Shown in pieces: positions 49,441 to 59,860 of a stretch of DNA of 64,000 nucleotides (positions are counted from its first letter, which is position 1; every line of letters starts with the position of its first letter). The position numbers and the translations under genes were made by a program. Source of the DNA: an uncultured Gemmatimonadaceae bacterium (GTDB lineage: Bacteria > Gemmatimonadota > Gemmatimonadetes > Gemmatimonadales > Gemmatimonadaceae); contig CAVVTZ010000002.1 of assembly GCA_963751275.1 (NCBI GenBank), positions 1 to 64,000 on the forward strand. The letters run 5' to 3'. Below the pieces are notes generated by a model. It was not told the DNA's origin and did not search any database. It worked only from the letters and a program-made list of their open reading frames with translations.

Positions 49441-51702
49441 GTGATCCATCCGCGCCTGATCGTCACCGCGTTGATCGCGTGCGCCGGAGCGATCCGCGCA
49501 CAGAACAGCGATTCGATCCTGCAATCCGCCGTGGACGCGGATCCGTGGCCGAGGCAGTCGGCGACGTCGTCAGGCGAGCTCACGATCTATCAGCCGCAGC
49601 TGGACGCGTGGACCGGCAACACGCTCACCTTCCACGCGGCGATCTCCTTCCAATCGAATCCGAAGGCCCCGGAGATGTTCGGCGTGATGACCGGCAGTGC
49701 GCGCACGGAGGTGGACAAGGACACGCGCATGGTCACACTCGAGGACATCGCGATCACGGCGGCGAAATTCCCGGCGCATCCCGACAGCGCGGCGTCCTAC
49801 CTGAGAGCGCTGCGCGCCAGCGTGCCGACCGCGGCGCGCACGATCTCGCTCGACCGGCTGCAGGCCTCGCTGCTGATCGTCACCGATCAGAAGAAGATGA
49901 AGACCGTGCCGGTGAAGAACGTGCCACCGGTGGTGTACTTCTCCACCGTGCCGGCGCGGCTGGTGCTCACCGATGGCGCGCCGCGGCTCGTCACGGTGCC
50001 GGGCACGAGTTCGCAGCGCGTGCTGAATACGAGCGTGCTCATCGCCTACACGGGCTACACGTATTATCTGCGCCTGTACGATGGATGGATGCAGGCGGTG
50101 CAAATGGCCGGACCGTGGGTGCCGGCATACGGACCGCCGCCGGTGCTCGACACCGTGCTCGCGTGGGCGAAGACGCAACGGATCGATCTGCTCACCGGCC
50201 GGAGCAATGATCCGTCCGAGCCCGTGCCGTCGCTCTGGTCGGGCACCACGCCGGTGATCTACACGAGCGCCGTGCCCGCCGAGTTGATCGTGACCGATGG
50301 CGCGCCGGACTACGTGCCGCTCGCCGGCACCGATCTCCTGTTCGTGGAGAACACCGGCGCGTACGTGTTCGAATCCATGGACGATCAGCAGGTGTACATC
50401 CTGCTCGCCGGCCGCTGGTTCACCGCCCCGGCGACGATGGGACCTTGGGCCTTCGTACCGGCCGCGCAGTTGCCGAAGGATTTCTGGAAGATCCCGCTCG
50501 ACAGTCCAGCGGAGGCGGTGCTCGTCTCGGTGCCCGGCACGCCGCAGGCGCTGGAGGCGGCGATCGAGAACAGCATTCCGCAGACCGGCGCCGTCGCGCT
50601 GAATACGCCGATGCCGGCGCCCGCGATCGATGGCGCGCCGCAGTTCGTGCCGATCCCCGGCACGAACCTGAGTTACATCGCGAACGCGCCGATCCCGATC
50701 ATCAAGTACGCGCCGGGCGCGTACTACGCCGTGTACAACGCCATCTGGTTCTTCAGTCCGACGCCGGACGGACCATGGTCGGTCGCGACCGTCGTGCCCG
50801 CGGCGATCTACACGATCCCGCCCAGCTCGCCCGTGTACTACGTGACGTACGTGCAGGTGTACGGCGCCACCCCGACCACCGTCTACGTCGGCTATACGAA
50901 CGGATACTACGGCACCGTGATGGTATCGGGCGGTGTGGTGGTCTACGGCACCGGGTACGTGTATCCCGTGCCGGTGGCGGCGTACTACTACCCGCCGCCA
51001 GTGACCTACGGCTACGGCGTCGCGGTGGTGGTCGTGCACCCGTACTATGCGCCGGCGTACTACAACGACGCGTACTACAGTCACGGCTACGTCGCCGGCA
51101 CCACGGGCGACCAGTACAGCCACTACGGCAGCACCAGCGCGATGACGCACACCTCGGCGGCGTACAATCCGTATACCGGCGAGGGCGCCTCGCAGAAGTA
51201 CGGACAGTCGTACAACGCCGCCACCGGCACCGCGGCCGCGGGACAGCGCACGACCACGGGCAACGCCTACACCGGCAATTACCAATCGACCGCCAGCGGA
51301 TCGGCGTACAATACCAAGACCGGCGCGAGCGCCACCGGCTACACGAACACCACAGGCAACGCGTACACCGGACAGCAGACGAAGACCGGGCAGGCGCAGG
51401 TCACCTCGGCGTCTGGGAAGACGACCGATGTCTCCGGCGTGCAGACGAACAACGCGAGCGCCGTGAAGGTGAACAACAACGTGTACGGCGACGTGAACGG
51501 CAACGTGTACAAGCAGAACCCGGACAACAGCTGGTCGCAGTACAATGGCACGAGCAAGAGCAGCGGCAGTTCCTCGTGGGGCAGCTACGGCGGATCGAGC
51601 GCGTCGAAGAGCGGCGCCTCCACGAGCAGCCTGAACAGCCAATCCTGGTCGCGCTCCGCCGGCCAGTCGCGTTCGAGCAGTTACAGCGGATCGCGGCGGT
51701 GA
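49441..51702 (+). CDS. large secreted protein with a Tyr/Gly/Ser-rich C-terminal tail (paralogue 1)
   Basis: GAGGAG RBS then GTG; signal peptide; DPWPR..IYQPQLDAW; ELIVTDG, LLAGRWF, IYTIPPSSPVYYVTYV. Confidence 0.85.
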   Translation: MIHPRLIVTALIACAGAIRAQNSDSILQSAVDADPWPRQSATSSGELTIYQPQLDAWTGNTLTFHAAISFQSNPKAPEMFGVMTGSARTEVDKDTRMVTLEDIAITAAKFPAHPDSAASYLRALRASVPTAARTISLDRLQASLLIVTDQKKMKTVPVKNVPPVVYFSTVPARLVLTDGAPRLVTVPGTSSQRVLNTSVLIAYTGYTYYLRLYDGWMQAVQMAGPWVPAYGPPPVLDTVLAWAKTQRIDLLTGRSNDPSEPVPSLWSGTTPVIYTSAVPAELIVTDGAPDYVPLAGTDLLFVENTGAYVFESMDDQQVYILLAGRWFTAPATMGPWAFVPAAQLPKDFWKIPLDSPAEAVLVSVPGTPQALEAAIENSIPQTGAVALNTPMPAPAIDGAPQFVPIPGTNLSYIANAPIPIIKYAPGAYYAVYNAIWFFSPTPDGPWSVATVVPAAIYTIPPSSPVYYVTYVQVYGATPTTVYVGYTNGYYGTVMVSGGVVVYGTGYVYPVPVAAYYYPPPVTYGYGVAVVVVHPYYAPAYYNDAYYSHGYVAGTTGDQYSHYGSTSAMTHTSAAYNPYTGEGASQKYGQSYNAATGTAAAGQRTTTGNAYTGNYQSTASGSAYNTKTGASATGYTNTTGNAYTGQQTKTGQAQVTSASGKTTDVSGVQTNNASAVKVNNNVYGDVNGNVYKQNPDNSWSQYNGTSKSSGSSSWGSYGGSSASKSGASTSSLNSQSWSRSAGQSRSSSYSGSRR

Positions 51703-51710
51703 GGACACCA

Positions 51711-52257
51711 CAACGACCGCACCAACGGCTTTGACAGGATGAACATGATGGACATGATGACACGACCCGAACGTGTCGGTCGCCGTTCACCTCATGTCCA
51801 TCATGTTCATCCTGTCAAAGTCGTTGTCGTTGCCGTTGGCCACACGCTCAACGACTTGAACGACCACACCAACGGCTTTGACAGGATGAACAGGATGACA
51901 GGACCCGAACGTGTCGGTCGCCGTTCACCTCATGTCCATCATGTTCATCCTGTCAAAGTCGTTGTCGTTGCCGTTGGCCACACGCTCAACGACTTGAACG
52001 ACCACACCAACGGCTTTGACAGGATGAACATGATGGACATGATGACACGACCCGAACGTGCCGGTCGCCGTTCACCTCATGTCCATCATGTTCATCCTGT
52101 CAAAGTCGTTGTCGTTGCCATTGGCCGCACGCTCAACGACTTGAACGACCACACCAACGGCTTTGACAGGATGAACATGATGGACATGATGACACGACCC
52201 GAACGTGCCGGTCGCCGTTCACATCATGCCCATCATGTCCATCCTGTCAAAGTCGTT
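51711..52257. repeat. tandem array of four family A hairpin units
   Basis: CTTTGACAGG at 51729, 51876, 52014 and 52161 (periods 147/138/147); each unit contains its complement CCTGTCAAAG. Confidence 0.95.
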
Positions 52258-52340
52258 CGTTGTCGTCGCGTGACGACGATATATTGAGAAGTCTTCGGCA
52301 GCACACCCCTACGCACTACGCCACATTGAGGATCCGCGTC

Positions 52341-54622
52341 ATGACACTCTCGCGATTCTTGCCCGTTGCGATGGTCGCGCTCGCCACGGCCGCGCATGCG
52401 CAGAACGAGGATTCCCTGCTCCAGGCCGCCGTCGCGAAGGATCCGTGGCCGCGCCACACCACCACAGCGGCGGGGATCGCCACGATCTACCAGCCGCAGG
52501 TGGACACGTGGAAGGGCGACAAGCTCACCTTCCACGCGGCCGTCGCCTTCGCCGCCACCGACTCCGGCACGCCGACGTTCGGCGTCGTCTTCGCGAGCGC
52601 GCGCACCGAGACGGACAAGGAGAACCGCACCGTCACGCTCGAGGACATGAAGCTCACCGGCGCGAAATATCCCTCCGGCCGGACAGCGTGCGGCCGTATC
52701 TCGCGGCGCTCCGCGCGAAGATGCCTACCACCGCGCGCGTCATCTCGCTGGACCAGCTGCAAATGTCGCTGCTCGTCGTCACCGACAAGAGCAAGATCAA
52801 GCAGGTGCCCGTGAAGAACGCGCCGCCCGCGATCTATTTCTCGCCGACGCCGGCGATCCTGGTGCTCATCAACGGGAACCCGGCGCCGCGCGCGGTGCCG
52901 GGCACGAGCGCGCAGCGGATCATCAACACCGGCGTGCTCCTCGCATCCACCGGCGGCGTGTATTACCTGAAGCTCTTCGATGGGTCGATGCAGGCGCCGC
53001 AGCTCTCCGGCCCGTGGACGGTGGCGTACACGCCGCCGCCGGTGCTCGACAGCGTGCTCAGCTGGGCGAAGTCGCAGCGCATCGACCTGCTCACGGGCAC
53101 GAGCCCCGATGCCGATGAACCGGCGCCGTCGATCGTCACCGCCACGCCGCCGCAGATCATCACGAGCACCACGCCCGCCGAGCTGATCGTGACCGATGGC
53201 CCGGCCGACTACGTGCCGGTGGGCACCACCGATCTGCTCTACGTGAGCAACACCAGCGCGCACGTCTTCGAGTACACCGACAACCAGCAGCTCTACGTGC
53301 TGATCTCGGGGCGGTGGTTCACCGCGCCCGCCACGATGGGCCCGTGGACCTTCGTGCCCGCCACGCAGCTCCCCAGGGATTTCTCGCAGATCCCGCTCGA
53401 CAGCCCGGTGGAGCCGGTGCTCGCGTCGGTGCCCGGCACGCCGCAGGCACAGGAAGCGCTCATCGAGAACAGCGTGCCGCAGACCGGCGCCGTGGCCCTC
53501 ACCGCGACGATGCCCGCGCCCGGGATCGATGGCGCGCCGCTCATGGGGCCCATTGCGGGCACGTCGCTGCAGTACGTCACCAACGCGTCGATCCCGATCA
53601 TCCGCGGTCCGTCGGGAACGTTCTTCGCCGTGTATGACGGGATCTGGTTCAAGTCGGCGCGGGCGACGGGGCCGTGGACCGTCGCCACGTCGGTGCCGGC
53701 CGCGATCTACACCATTCCGCCCAGCTCGCCGCTGTACTACGTGACGAACGTGCAGATCTACGGATCCACCGCCAGCGTGGTGTACGTTGGCTACACGCCC
53801 GGCTACTACGGCACGGTGGTCGCACCCGGCGGCGTGGTCGTGTACGGCACCGGCTATGTGTACCCAGCATGGGTGGGGTCCTACTATTACCCGCCACCTA
53901 TGACCTATGGGTTCGGCGCGAGCATCCGCTGGACGCCGTGGACGGGATGGAGCGTGGGCTTTGGATTCGGGTACGCCTACGGCGGCGTCGCGGTGGGCAT
54001 GACGTTCGGCGGCGCCATGTGGGGCGTGCATCCGTATTACGGCCCCGCCTACTACGGCGGCTACTACGGCGCGCACGGCTACGTCGCCTCCGGCTACGGC
54101 GGCTGGGCGGGCACCACCGGCAACATGTACCACCAGTATGGCGCGACGAGCGCGGTGACGCGGCAGTCGGGCGGCTACAACGCGTATACCGGCAACGGGT
54201 GGTCGCACAGCATGGGCGCGTCGTACAATTCCGCCACCGGCGTGGCCGCCGCGGGGCAGCGCACCACCGTGAGCAACGCGTACACGGGCGGCTACCGCAG
54301 TTACGCGAGCGGCACGGTCTACAATCCGAACACGGGGAACGCGACGCACGTCGAGGGCGTCTCGTCGAATTACGGCAGCGCCGTGAAGGTCGGCAACAAT
54401 GTATACGGCGATGCGAGCGGCAACGTGTTCCGCGACAACGGCGATGGCAGCTGGTCGCAGTGGGGCGGCAGCGGCGGCGGACACGGCGGCTGGGGCGGAT
54501 GGGGTGGATCGAGCGGCATGAACAGTCAGGCTTGGTCGCGTGACGCCGGCGCCTCTCGCTTCTCGAGCTTCGGCGGAGGCGGATGGAGCCGCGGCGGCGG
54601 CGGTTTCGGGGGGAGACGCTGA
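52341..54622 (+). CDS. large secreted protein (paralogue 2; frameshift near 52675)
   Basis: DPWPR..IYQPQVDTW in ORF 52260; remainder in ORF 52445 is collinear with paralogue 1; Gly-rich tail. Confidence 0.85.
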
Positions 54623-54633
54623 CGACTCGATCT

Positions 54634-54656
54634 CGGCTGTCGGCTGTCGGCTGTCG
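54634..54656. repeat. heptamer microsatellite (CGGCTGT)x3
   Basis: CGGCTGT CGGCTGT CGGCTGT CG in the intergenic gap. Confidence 0.8.
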
Positions 54657-54672
54657 CCAACGGACCGGGCCA

Positions 54673-57189
54673 ATGCATCACGGGAAGACCAGCACACGCG
54701 TCGCGCTCATCGCCGCAGTGATCTGCTTCAGTGCGCGCAGCGTGGGGGCGCAGGATTCCGTGTCCACCGCGGCCGGCGCGGAGTATCGGATCTCGGGGCC
54801 GCTCGGATGGCTCGATCGCTGGCTCTTCGGGTCGCGCTATCGCGCCCTCTGGACGGACACGGTGCGCGTACAAGTGTTGCACATGCCCACGTCGTTCGGC
54901 GGTCTCGCGCCGGTGAGCGCCGACACAGGGCTTCGCAGCGGCGTGCTGCACCTGCGCGCACCGCGGGATCTGGCCTACACCTTCCGTCTCTCGAACCCGC
55001 CGGTCAGCTCGGCGCTGCCCGATGAGCTCCGGCTCGGCGTCGTCACCGGTCCCGTGCAGGATCTCGTGAGCGCGCTGCATCCGGGGGCGCCGCTGGTCGT
55101 ACCGCTGCTCGCGCGCACCGCCGGAGTCGGCGACCGGCCGGCCGATCTGCGCTTCCTGGCGACTGACTCCGCGCTCGGCGCGCTCACCTCGACCTTCGGC
55201 GACCGGCTCGGGTTCCTCGCGCCCGCACCGGAGCCGGCGCACGCGGTCACGACGCGCGATCTCATCGCCGAGCGGCGGAACGGCGGCGCGCCGGCGATCG
55301 ATGCGCGCGCCTACCTGCGCGAGCGTCTGTTCGATGTGTACGTCGGTGAGACCGAACTCTTCCCCACCGAGGCGCGCTGGCGCCAGCGCGGCGATCCGGA
55401 GCGATGGACTCCCGAGGCGCGCGATCGCGACGCCGCGTTCGCGAACTTCGATGGCCTCATGGCGGCGCTCGCGCGCATTGCGGTGCCGCCCTTCATGAAG
55501 TTCGGAGCGACATACGACGAGTCGCTCGGCGAGACGGCGTACCTGCTCGCCGTGGATCGCACCTTCCTTGCGCCGCTCGACTCCGCCGCGTGGGACAGCG
55601 CCGCGCGCGCGATGCAGGCGGCGATCACGGATTCCGCGATCGACGCCGCCGTCGCCGCGATGCCGCCGGCCTGGCGCGCGGCCGACGCCGCCCCGCTCGC
55701 CGCCACCCTGCGCGCGCGCCGCGACCGATTGCCGGCGGCGGCGCGCGTTTTCTATGGCATGGTGTCCAAGCAGATCGACCTCTATGCCCCGAACGCCGCC
55801 ACGACGGTGCTCGCCTGGCGCGACGCGACCGGCGAGCTGCGCGTCCGGATCGCGGATGTCGACCGCGTGTTCACGGCGAGCCAGACGGCCGAGGTGCGGA
55901 TCTTCCTCGAGGGGCGCGAGCAGACCGTGCTCGTGCGCGGCGCGGCGTACGGCGGTCCGAACCTCCGCGTCGTCACCGGAACGGGCCACGCCACGATCAT
56001 CGATTCGAGCACGGCCGTCGCGCGCACGCTCTTCGTCAACGACAGCGCGGGGAATGCCACCATCGACTACGCCGCCGCGGGCGCACCGCCGAGGGCGACG
56101 CGGAACCCGGTGGCGCCGCCGGATGTGACGCCGCAGGGCACCGGCTCGGCCACGCGTCCGGCCGACGGGGTGCGCTATGGCCCCGTCATCTGGTTCGATC
56201 TCTTCGGCAATCTGGGCGTGCTGCTCGGCGGCGGCGTCGAACGCATCCGCTATGAGCGCGGCTTCGTGCCCTGGAGCTCCCGGCAACGGCTGCGCGCGGC
56301 GTACGCGACCGAGCCGAATGAATACGCCGTGGAGTACGACGGCACGTTCCGCTTCGAGCATGCGCAGTCGGATCTCAATCTCGCGCTCGGCCGGTCGGGG
56401 ATCGGGATCCTTCGGTTCTACGGATACGGCAACGAGACCGTGCGCGACCAATCGGATGCGTTCTACTCGGCGAAGCAGGTGGCGTATACGGTCGCGCCAT
56501 CGGTCCAGTTGCCCACGGCATCGCGCGACACGATCAGCGTGGGCCTCGTGTACAAGGATGTGAACACCAACACCGATGGACAGCGATACATCACCATCAC
56601 GAAACCGCTGGGCTATCCGGAATTCCGCGAAGCCGGTGCGCGGATCATGGTGCGCCACGACAGCCGCGACTCACCGGTCGCCGCGCAGCGCGGCTGGCTG
56701 CTCATCGGCGGCGCTGATTATTTCCCGACCACGCTGGATGTGCGCCGTCCATTCGGCGGCGTGAACGCCGCCGCCTCGACGTACTGGACGCCGGGCCCGG
56801 GCGAGGATCTGACGATCGCCGTGCGCGTCGCCGGCCAGAAGATCTGGGGACCGTTCCCCGTGTTCGAAGCCGCCTACATTGGCGGCGCCACCACCGTGCG
56901 CGGCCTGCCGCCGCAGCGATACGCCGGCAGCGCGAGCCTGTACAGCAATCTCGAAGCGCGCTTGAAGGTGGCCCCGCTCGCGTTCGTGGTGCGATGGGAT
57001 TTCGGCGTGAGCGCGATCATGGACGCGGGGCGCGTGTTCGTGAACGGCGTGGAGTCGAACGAGTGGCACGCGGGGCTGGGCGGCGGGATATGGGCGATGC
57101 TGCCGGACCGGTCGGCTATGATCTATTTGACCGCGGTGCACAACGGCACGACGTGGGGGATCGACGCGGGGACGAAGTTCATCTACTGA
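54673..57189 (+). CDS. Omp85 (BamA/TamA-like) barrel protein with a long N-terminal domain
   Basis: Signal peptide; RFYGYGNET, HDSRDSPV, IGGATTVRG..RYAG, DAGRVF..WHAGLGGG. Confidence 0.8.
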   Translation: MHHGKTSTRVALIAAVICFSARSVGAQDSVSTAAGAEYRISGPLGWLDRWLFGSRYRALWTDTVRVQVLHMPTSFGGLAPVSADTGLRSGVLHLRAPRDLAYTFRLSNPPVSSALPDELRLGVVTGPVQDLVSALHPGAPLVVPLLARTAGVGDRPADLRFLATDSALGALTSTFGDRLGFLAPAPEPAHAVTTRDLIAERRNGGAPAIDARAYLRERLFDVYVGETELFPTEARWRQRGDPERWTPEARDRDAAFANFDGLMAALARIAVPPFMKFGATYDESLGETAYLLAVDRTFLAPLDSAAWDSAARAMQAAITDSAIDAAVAAMPPAWRAADAAPLAATLRARRDRLPAAARVFYGMVSKQIDLYAPNAATTVLAWRDATGELRVRIADVDRVFTASQTAEVRIFLEGREQTVLVRGAAYGGPNLRVVTGTGHATIIDSSTAVARTLFVNDSAGNATIDYAAAGAPPRATRNPVAPPDVTPQGTGSATRPADGVRYGPVIWFDLFGNLGVLLGGGVERIRYERGFVPWSSRQRLRAAYATEPNEYAVEYDGTFRFEHAQSDLNLALGRSGIGILRFYGYGNETVRDQSDAFYSAKQVAYTVAPSVQLPTASRDTISVGLVYKDVNTNTDGQRYITITKPLGYPEFREAGARIMVRHDSRDSPVAAQRGWLLIGGADYFPTTLDVRRPFGGVNAAASTYWTPGPGEDLTIAVRVAGQKIWGPFPVFEAAYIGGATTVRGLPPQRYAGSASLYSNLEARLKVAPLAFVVRWDFGVSAIMDAGRVFVNGVESNEWHAGLGGGIWAMLPDRSAMIYLTAVHNGTTWGIDAGTKFIY

Positions 57190-57198
57190 ACGGCGGGA

Positions 57199-57368
57199 GT
57201 CGAACCCCGAACCACGTACTTGGTACCCCGAACGCCGTGAGGCGTGAGGCGTGCGATGAACTGATTGAACGGCGTGAGGCGCGACCCGAACGCCGTGAGG
57301 CGTGAGGCGTGCGATGAACTGATTGAACGGCGTGAGGCGCGACCCGAACGCCGTGCGGCGTGAGGCGA
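57199..57368. repeat. left array: family C end sequence plus 58-nt tandem units
   Basis: Units start at 57227, 57285 and 57343 (partial); internal GGCGTGA heptamers. Confidence 0.9.
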
Positions 57369-57439
57369 ACGGACTGGACGGCGGGAGGGCGTGATCCAAC
57401 CCGGTGAGGCGGGAGGCGGCGAAGGACTCGGCGTGAGCG

Positions 57440-57840
57440 CTCTCGAGCCGTGAGGCGGAGGAGGATGTGTGAGATCGCGGAGTGGAGAGCGATCCGTCCG
57501 TTGGCGATACCGGGGCCGAGCGGCTCGCGAGGCGCGGTAGATACGCATTCGCGAGATTCGCGCGCTGAGCCGAGGGCAATACTCGTGGAACTCGACTTCT
57601 ATCGCGCCGGCTCAGCCGGCTGTAGCCCGGTCGGCGATGTTCACGCACGATCGAGCCGGTCGAGCGCCTCAGCTGATCGGAGACGTCCAGGAACGCTCGG
57701 TGACCTTGCCGAGTCGTTTCCGAATCGCGCGACCGAAGCGATTCCGCCGCGTACAGCGCCGCACGATAGACTCGCAGGCTCCACAGCGCATCTTCGCGCA
57801 TTGCCGGCGGCACCGACGCCTCCCACTCGTCGTATCTCAC
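57440..57840 (-). CDS. four-helix-bundle protein (23S rRNA IVP / TIGR02436-like), many indels; 3' end approximate
   Basis: GGAGG RBS then GTG; YDEWEASVPPAMREDALWSLRVYRAALY, DQLRRSTGSI, then NIA/GYSR..DR and LGSARESR in shifted frames. Confidence 0.75.
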
Positions 57841-57936
57841 TCCGCGCCTCCGCATCCTCTTGAAGCGCAACGATCGCCCGGGCGCAGCGGAACCGCATCA
57901 TCGCTTCATTCGGCTACGAAGCCAGGTGTGAGCCCC

Positions 57937-58140
57937 CGCCTCACGGTGTCGGGTCGCGCCTCACGCCGTTCAATCAGTTCGTCGCACGCCTCACGCCTCA
58001 CGGTGTCCGGGTCTCGCCTCCCGCCGTTCAGTCAGTTCGTCGCACGCCCCGCCTCACGGTGTTCGGGTCTCGCCTCCCGCCGTTCGTTCAGTTCGTCGCA
58101 CGCCTCACGCCTCACGGCGTCCGGGTCTCGCCTCACGCCT
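57937..58140. repeat. right array: about 3.5 copies of the same 58-nt unit, inverted
   Basis: TCGCGCCTCACGCCGTTCAATCAGTTCGTCGCACGCCTCACGCCTCACGG matches the reverse complement of the left unit with one mismatch. Confidence 0.9.
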
Positions 58141-58145
58141 GTGAA

Positions 58146-58177
58146 AGTGGCCCGAGGATGACTCTCCCCGGGCCACT
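58146..58177 (-). terminator. probable terminator of the 58210 gene
   Basis: AGTGGCCCG / CGGGCCACT stem with a short T run on the minus strand. Confidence 0.5.
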
Positions 58178-58209
58178 CGAACAGCGCCCACCCGCCAGCG
58201 ACTACGACC

Positions 58210-58818
58210 CTAGCGCGTGACCTTCACCGCCAGTGCTTCCGTCGCGCGCAGGACGATCTGATCGCCCACCTTCACTTTCGAGAACGCAGCAACCGAAGGA
58301 TCGACGTGGAACGTCATCATGTTCCCCTGCGACGTCTTCACCGTGAGGATGCGGTCCTTCTCATCCACGGCCGTGACGTTCGCTTCGATCTCCTTCACCG
58401 TGACATTGGTCACCGCCGGCAGCCCCTTGGGCGCGATCGTCACCGTGTTCCCGTGCGCCGTCACCGGCGGATCCGTCGCCTCGCGCAGGAAGATCGCGAT
58501 CGATTCAACGTAGGTCACGGTCACGCTGTCGCCGCTCTTCACCTGCGACAGGTCCACGCCGTCCTTCTTGGCGGTGAACGCGTGCATCGTCCCGTTCGGC
58601 CCCCGCAACACGACGTGGCGCGACTGCTGGTTCACCGCGAGCACGATGCCCTTCCATTCCTGCACGTCGCCCATGAGCGCGCCGGCGATCGGCTGCTTCG
58701 TTGCGGGCGCGGCGGCCGCAGCGGGCGCCGGCGGGGCCGCGGGCTTCTGCGCACTCGCCGTGACCGCGATGGCCGACGCGATGGCGGCGAGACTCAGTAC
58801 ACTCATGCGATGGTTCAT
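58210..58818 (-). CDS. secreted hypothetical protein with two internal OB-like repeats
   Basis: Signal peptide; VLAVNQQSRHVVLRGPNG..QVKSGDSV and VTAVDEKDRILTVKTSQG..KVKVGDQI. Confidence 0.75.
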   Translation of the reverse strand: MNHRMSVLSLAAIASAIAVTASAQKPAAPPAPAAAAAPATKQPIAGALMGDVQEWKGIVLAVNQQSRHVVLRGPNGTMHAFTAKKDGVDLSQVKSGDSVTVTYVESIAIFLREATDPPVTAHGNTVTIAPKGLPAVTNVTVKEIEANVTAVDEKDRILTVKTSQGNMMTFHVDPSVAAFSKVKVGDQIVLRATEALAVKVTR

Positions 58819-58937
58819 TCGATCCTCCATAACCGGTTCATTGGCGCGGCCGGACGTTCTCCGCGCTGGGCAGAATCTCCACCCGGCGCAGAGGGGTCGC
58901 AAGAGGGGAAAGAAGCGGCCTACTATAGTAAGGTCCG

Positions 58938-59072
58938 TCGAACCCCAACCGCGTTATCGGTCCCCCGAACGCCGTGAATCACGAGTAGTTCGTCGTATCA
59001 CGCACCACTCGTGACTCACGGCGTTCGGGGGACCAATGACGCGCTTCGAGGTTCGACGAACGGAGTTCGGGG
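58938..59072. repeat. family C palindrome
   Basis: 28-bp arms 58959-58986 / 59007-59034 with one mismatch; outer GTCGAACC / GGTTCGAC. Confidence 0.85.
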
Positions 59073-59165
59073 TTCCATTACCGGATTTCGGGGTTGCGCA
59101 GTCCATAAATGCGCGACGTGGCCGGCTTGCGCCGGCCACGTGTCTCGAGATCCGCTCCGCTCAGC

Positions 59166-59498
59166 TCACATCACTTCGAGCTGTCCCTCGTATCCCCCGG
59201 GTGTGTCCATCCCCAGTGTGTCGCCGGCGTAGTCAATGTACACGCGCGCCAGTCGCAGCTGGTTGTACACGGTGCCGACCCCCGGGCAGTGCTCGGCCAC
59301 CGTTTGCGCGAGCCGCGCATCTTCCAGGCTGTTCACCACGCCCAGCAGCGTGGCCTCGCCGTTCGCGACGTACACATCCACGTCGCGCGAATCGAGATCG
59401 GCGCAGGCGCGCAGCGCGTCCGTCAGATGCTCGCGAATGAGCGCGTCATTCTGCGGACTCATGTCTGCGTCGAATGGGTAGCGGGCGATGGTGATCAT
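59166..59498 (-). CDS. BON domain protein
   Basis: DALIREHLTDAL..VDVYVANGEATLLGVV..A..CPGVGTVYNQL. Confidence 0.8.
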   Translation of the reverse strand: MITIARYPFDADMSPQNDALIREHLTDALRACADLDSRDVDVYVANGEATLLGVVNSLEDARLAQTVAEHCPGVGTVYNQLRLARVYIDYAGDTLGMDTPGGYEGQLEVM

Positions 59499-59809
59499 CG
59501 GTCGTTCCTCGATCCAGCGGCCCGCTTCGCGCCGTCGCGCATGCCGCCGCTCCGGCCACGGGGCCGTTCGATCTCGCCATCCGCCGCGTACGCGTCGCCG
59601 CTCTCGTCCGGGCTCCCGCTCGAGGCGGAAGCGGGCTCATGCCGGCCGTCGGACGGTTCCTTGATCTGCGGCCCGTCCGGCTCGGCGCCACCTTCATCTT
59701 CCCATGTCTGGATCTCCTCGCGCCCCTCTGCCTTCCGTGTACTCCGCTCCGTGTGACGCAGCGGGACGTGCGACGGCTTGTCGGTGATCTTGGCCTTCTG
59801 CTTCGCCAT
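59495..59809 (-). CDS. hydrophilic low-complexity hypothetical protein
   Basis: GGAGG RBS; IQTWEDEGG motif; ATGA overlap with the BON gene. Confidence 0.65.
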   Translation of the reverse strand: MAKQKAKITDKPSHVPLRHTERSTRKAEGREEIQTWEDEGGAEPDGPQIKEPSDGRHEPASASSGSPDESGDAYAADGEIERPRGRSGGMRDGAKRAAGSRNDR

Positions 59810-59860
59810 GGCACTATCCTCCAATGAGAATGAAAGAAGGGAATTGCTGGGATTCCCGGG

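Noticed and set aside
51711..52257. CRISPR array
   Set aside because: Units are 138-147 nt and nearly identical throughout, with no unique spacers; no cas genes in the window.
51739..52287. 182-aa repetitive His-rich ORF
   Set aside because: By-product of the DNA array (periods divisible by 3); no independent coding evidence.
57227..57368. CRISPR array
   Set aside because: The 58-nt units are contiguous copies without variable spacers.
57440..57840. Diversity-generating retroelement (Avd-like gene)
   Set aside because: No reverse transcriptase and no TR/VR pair with adenine-specific mismatches in the window.
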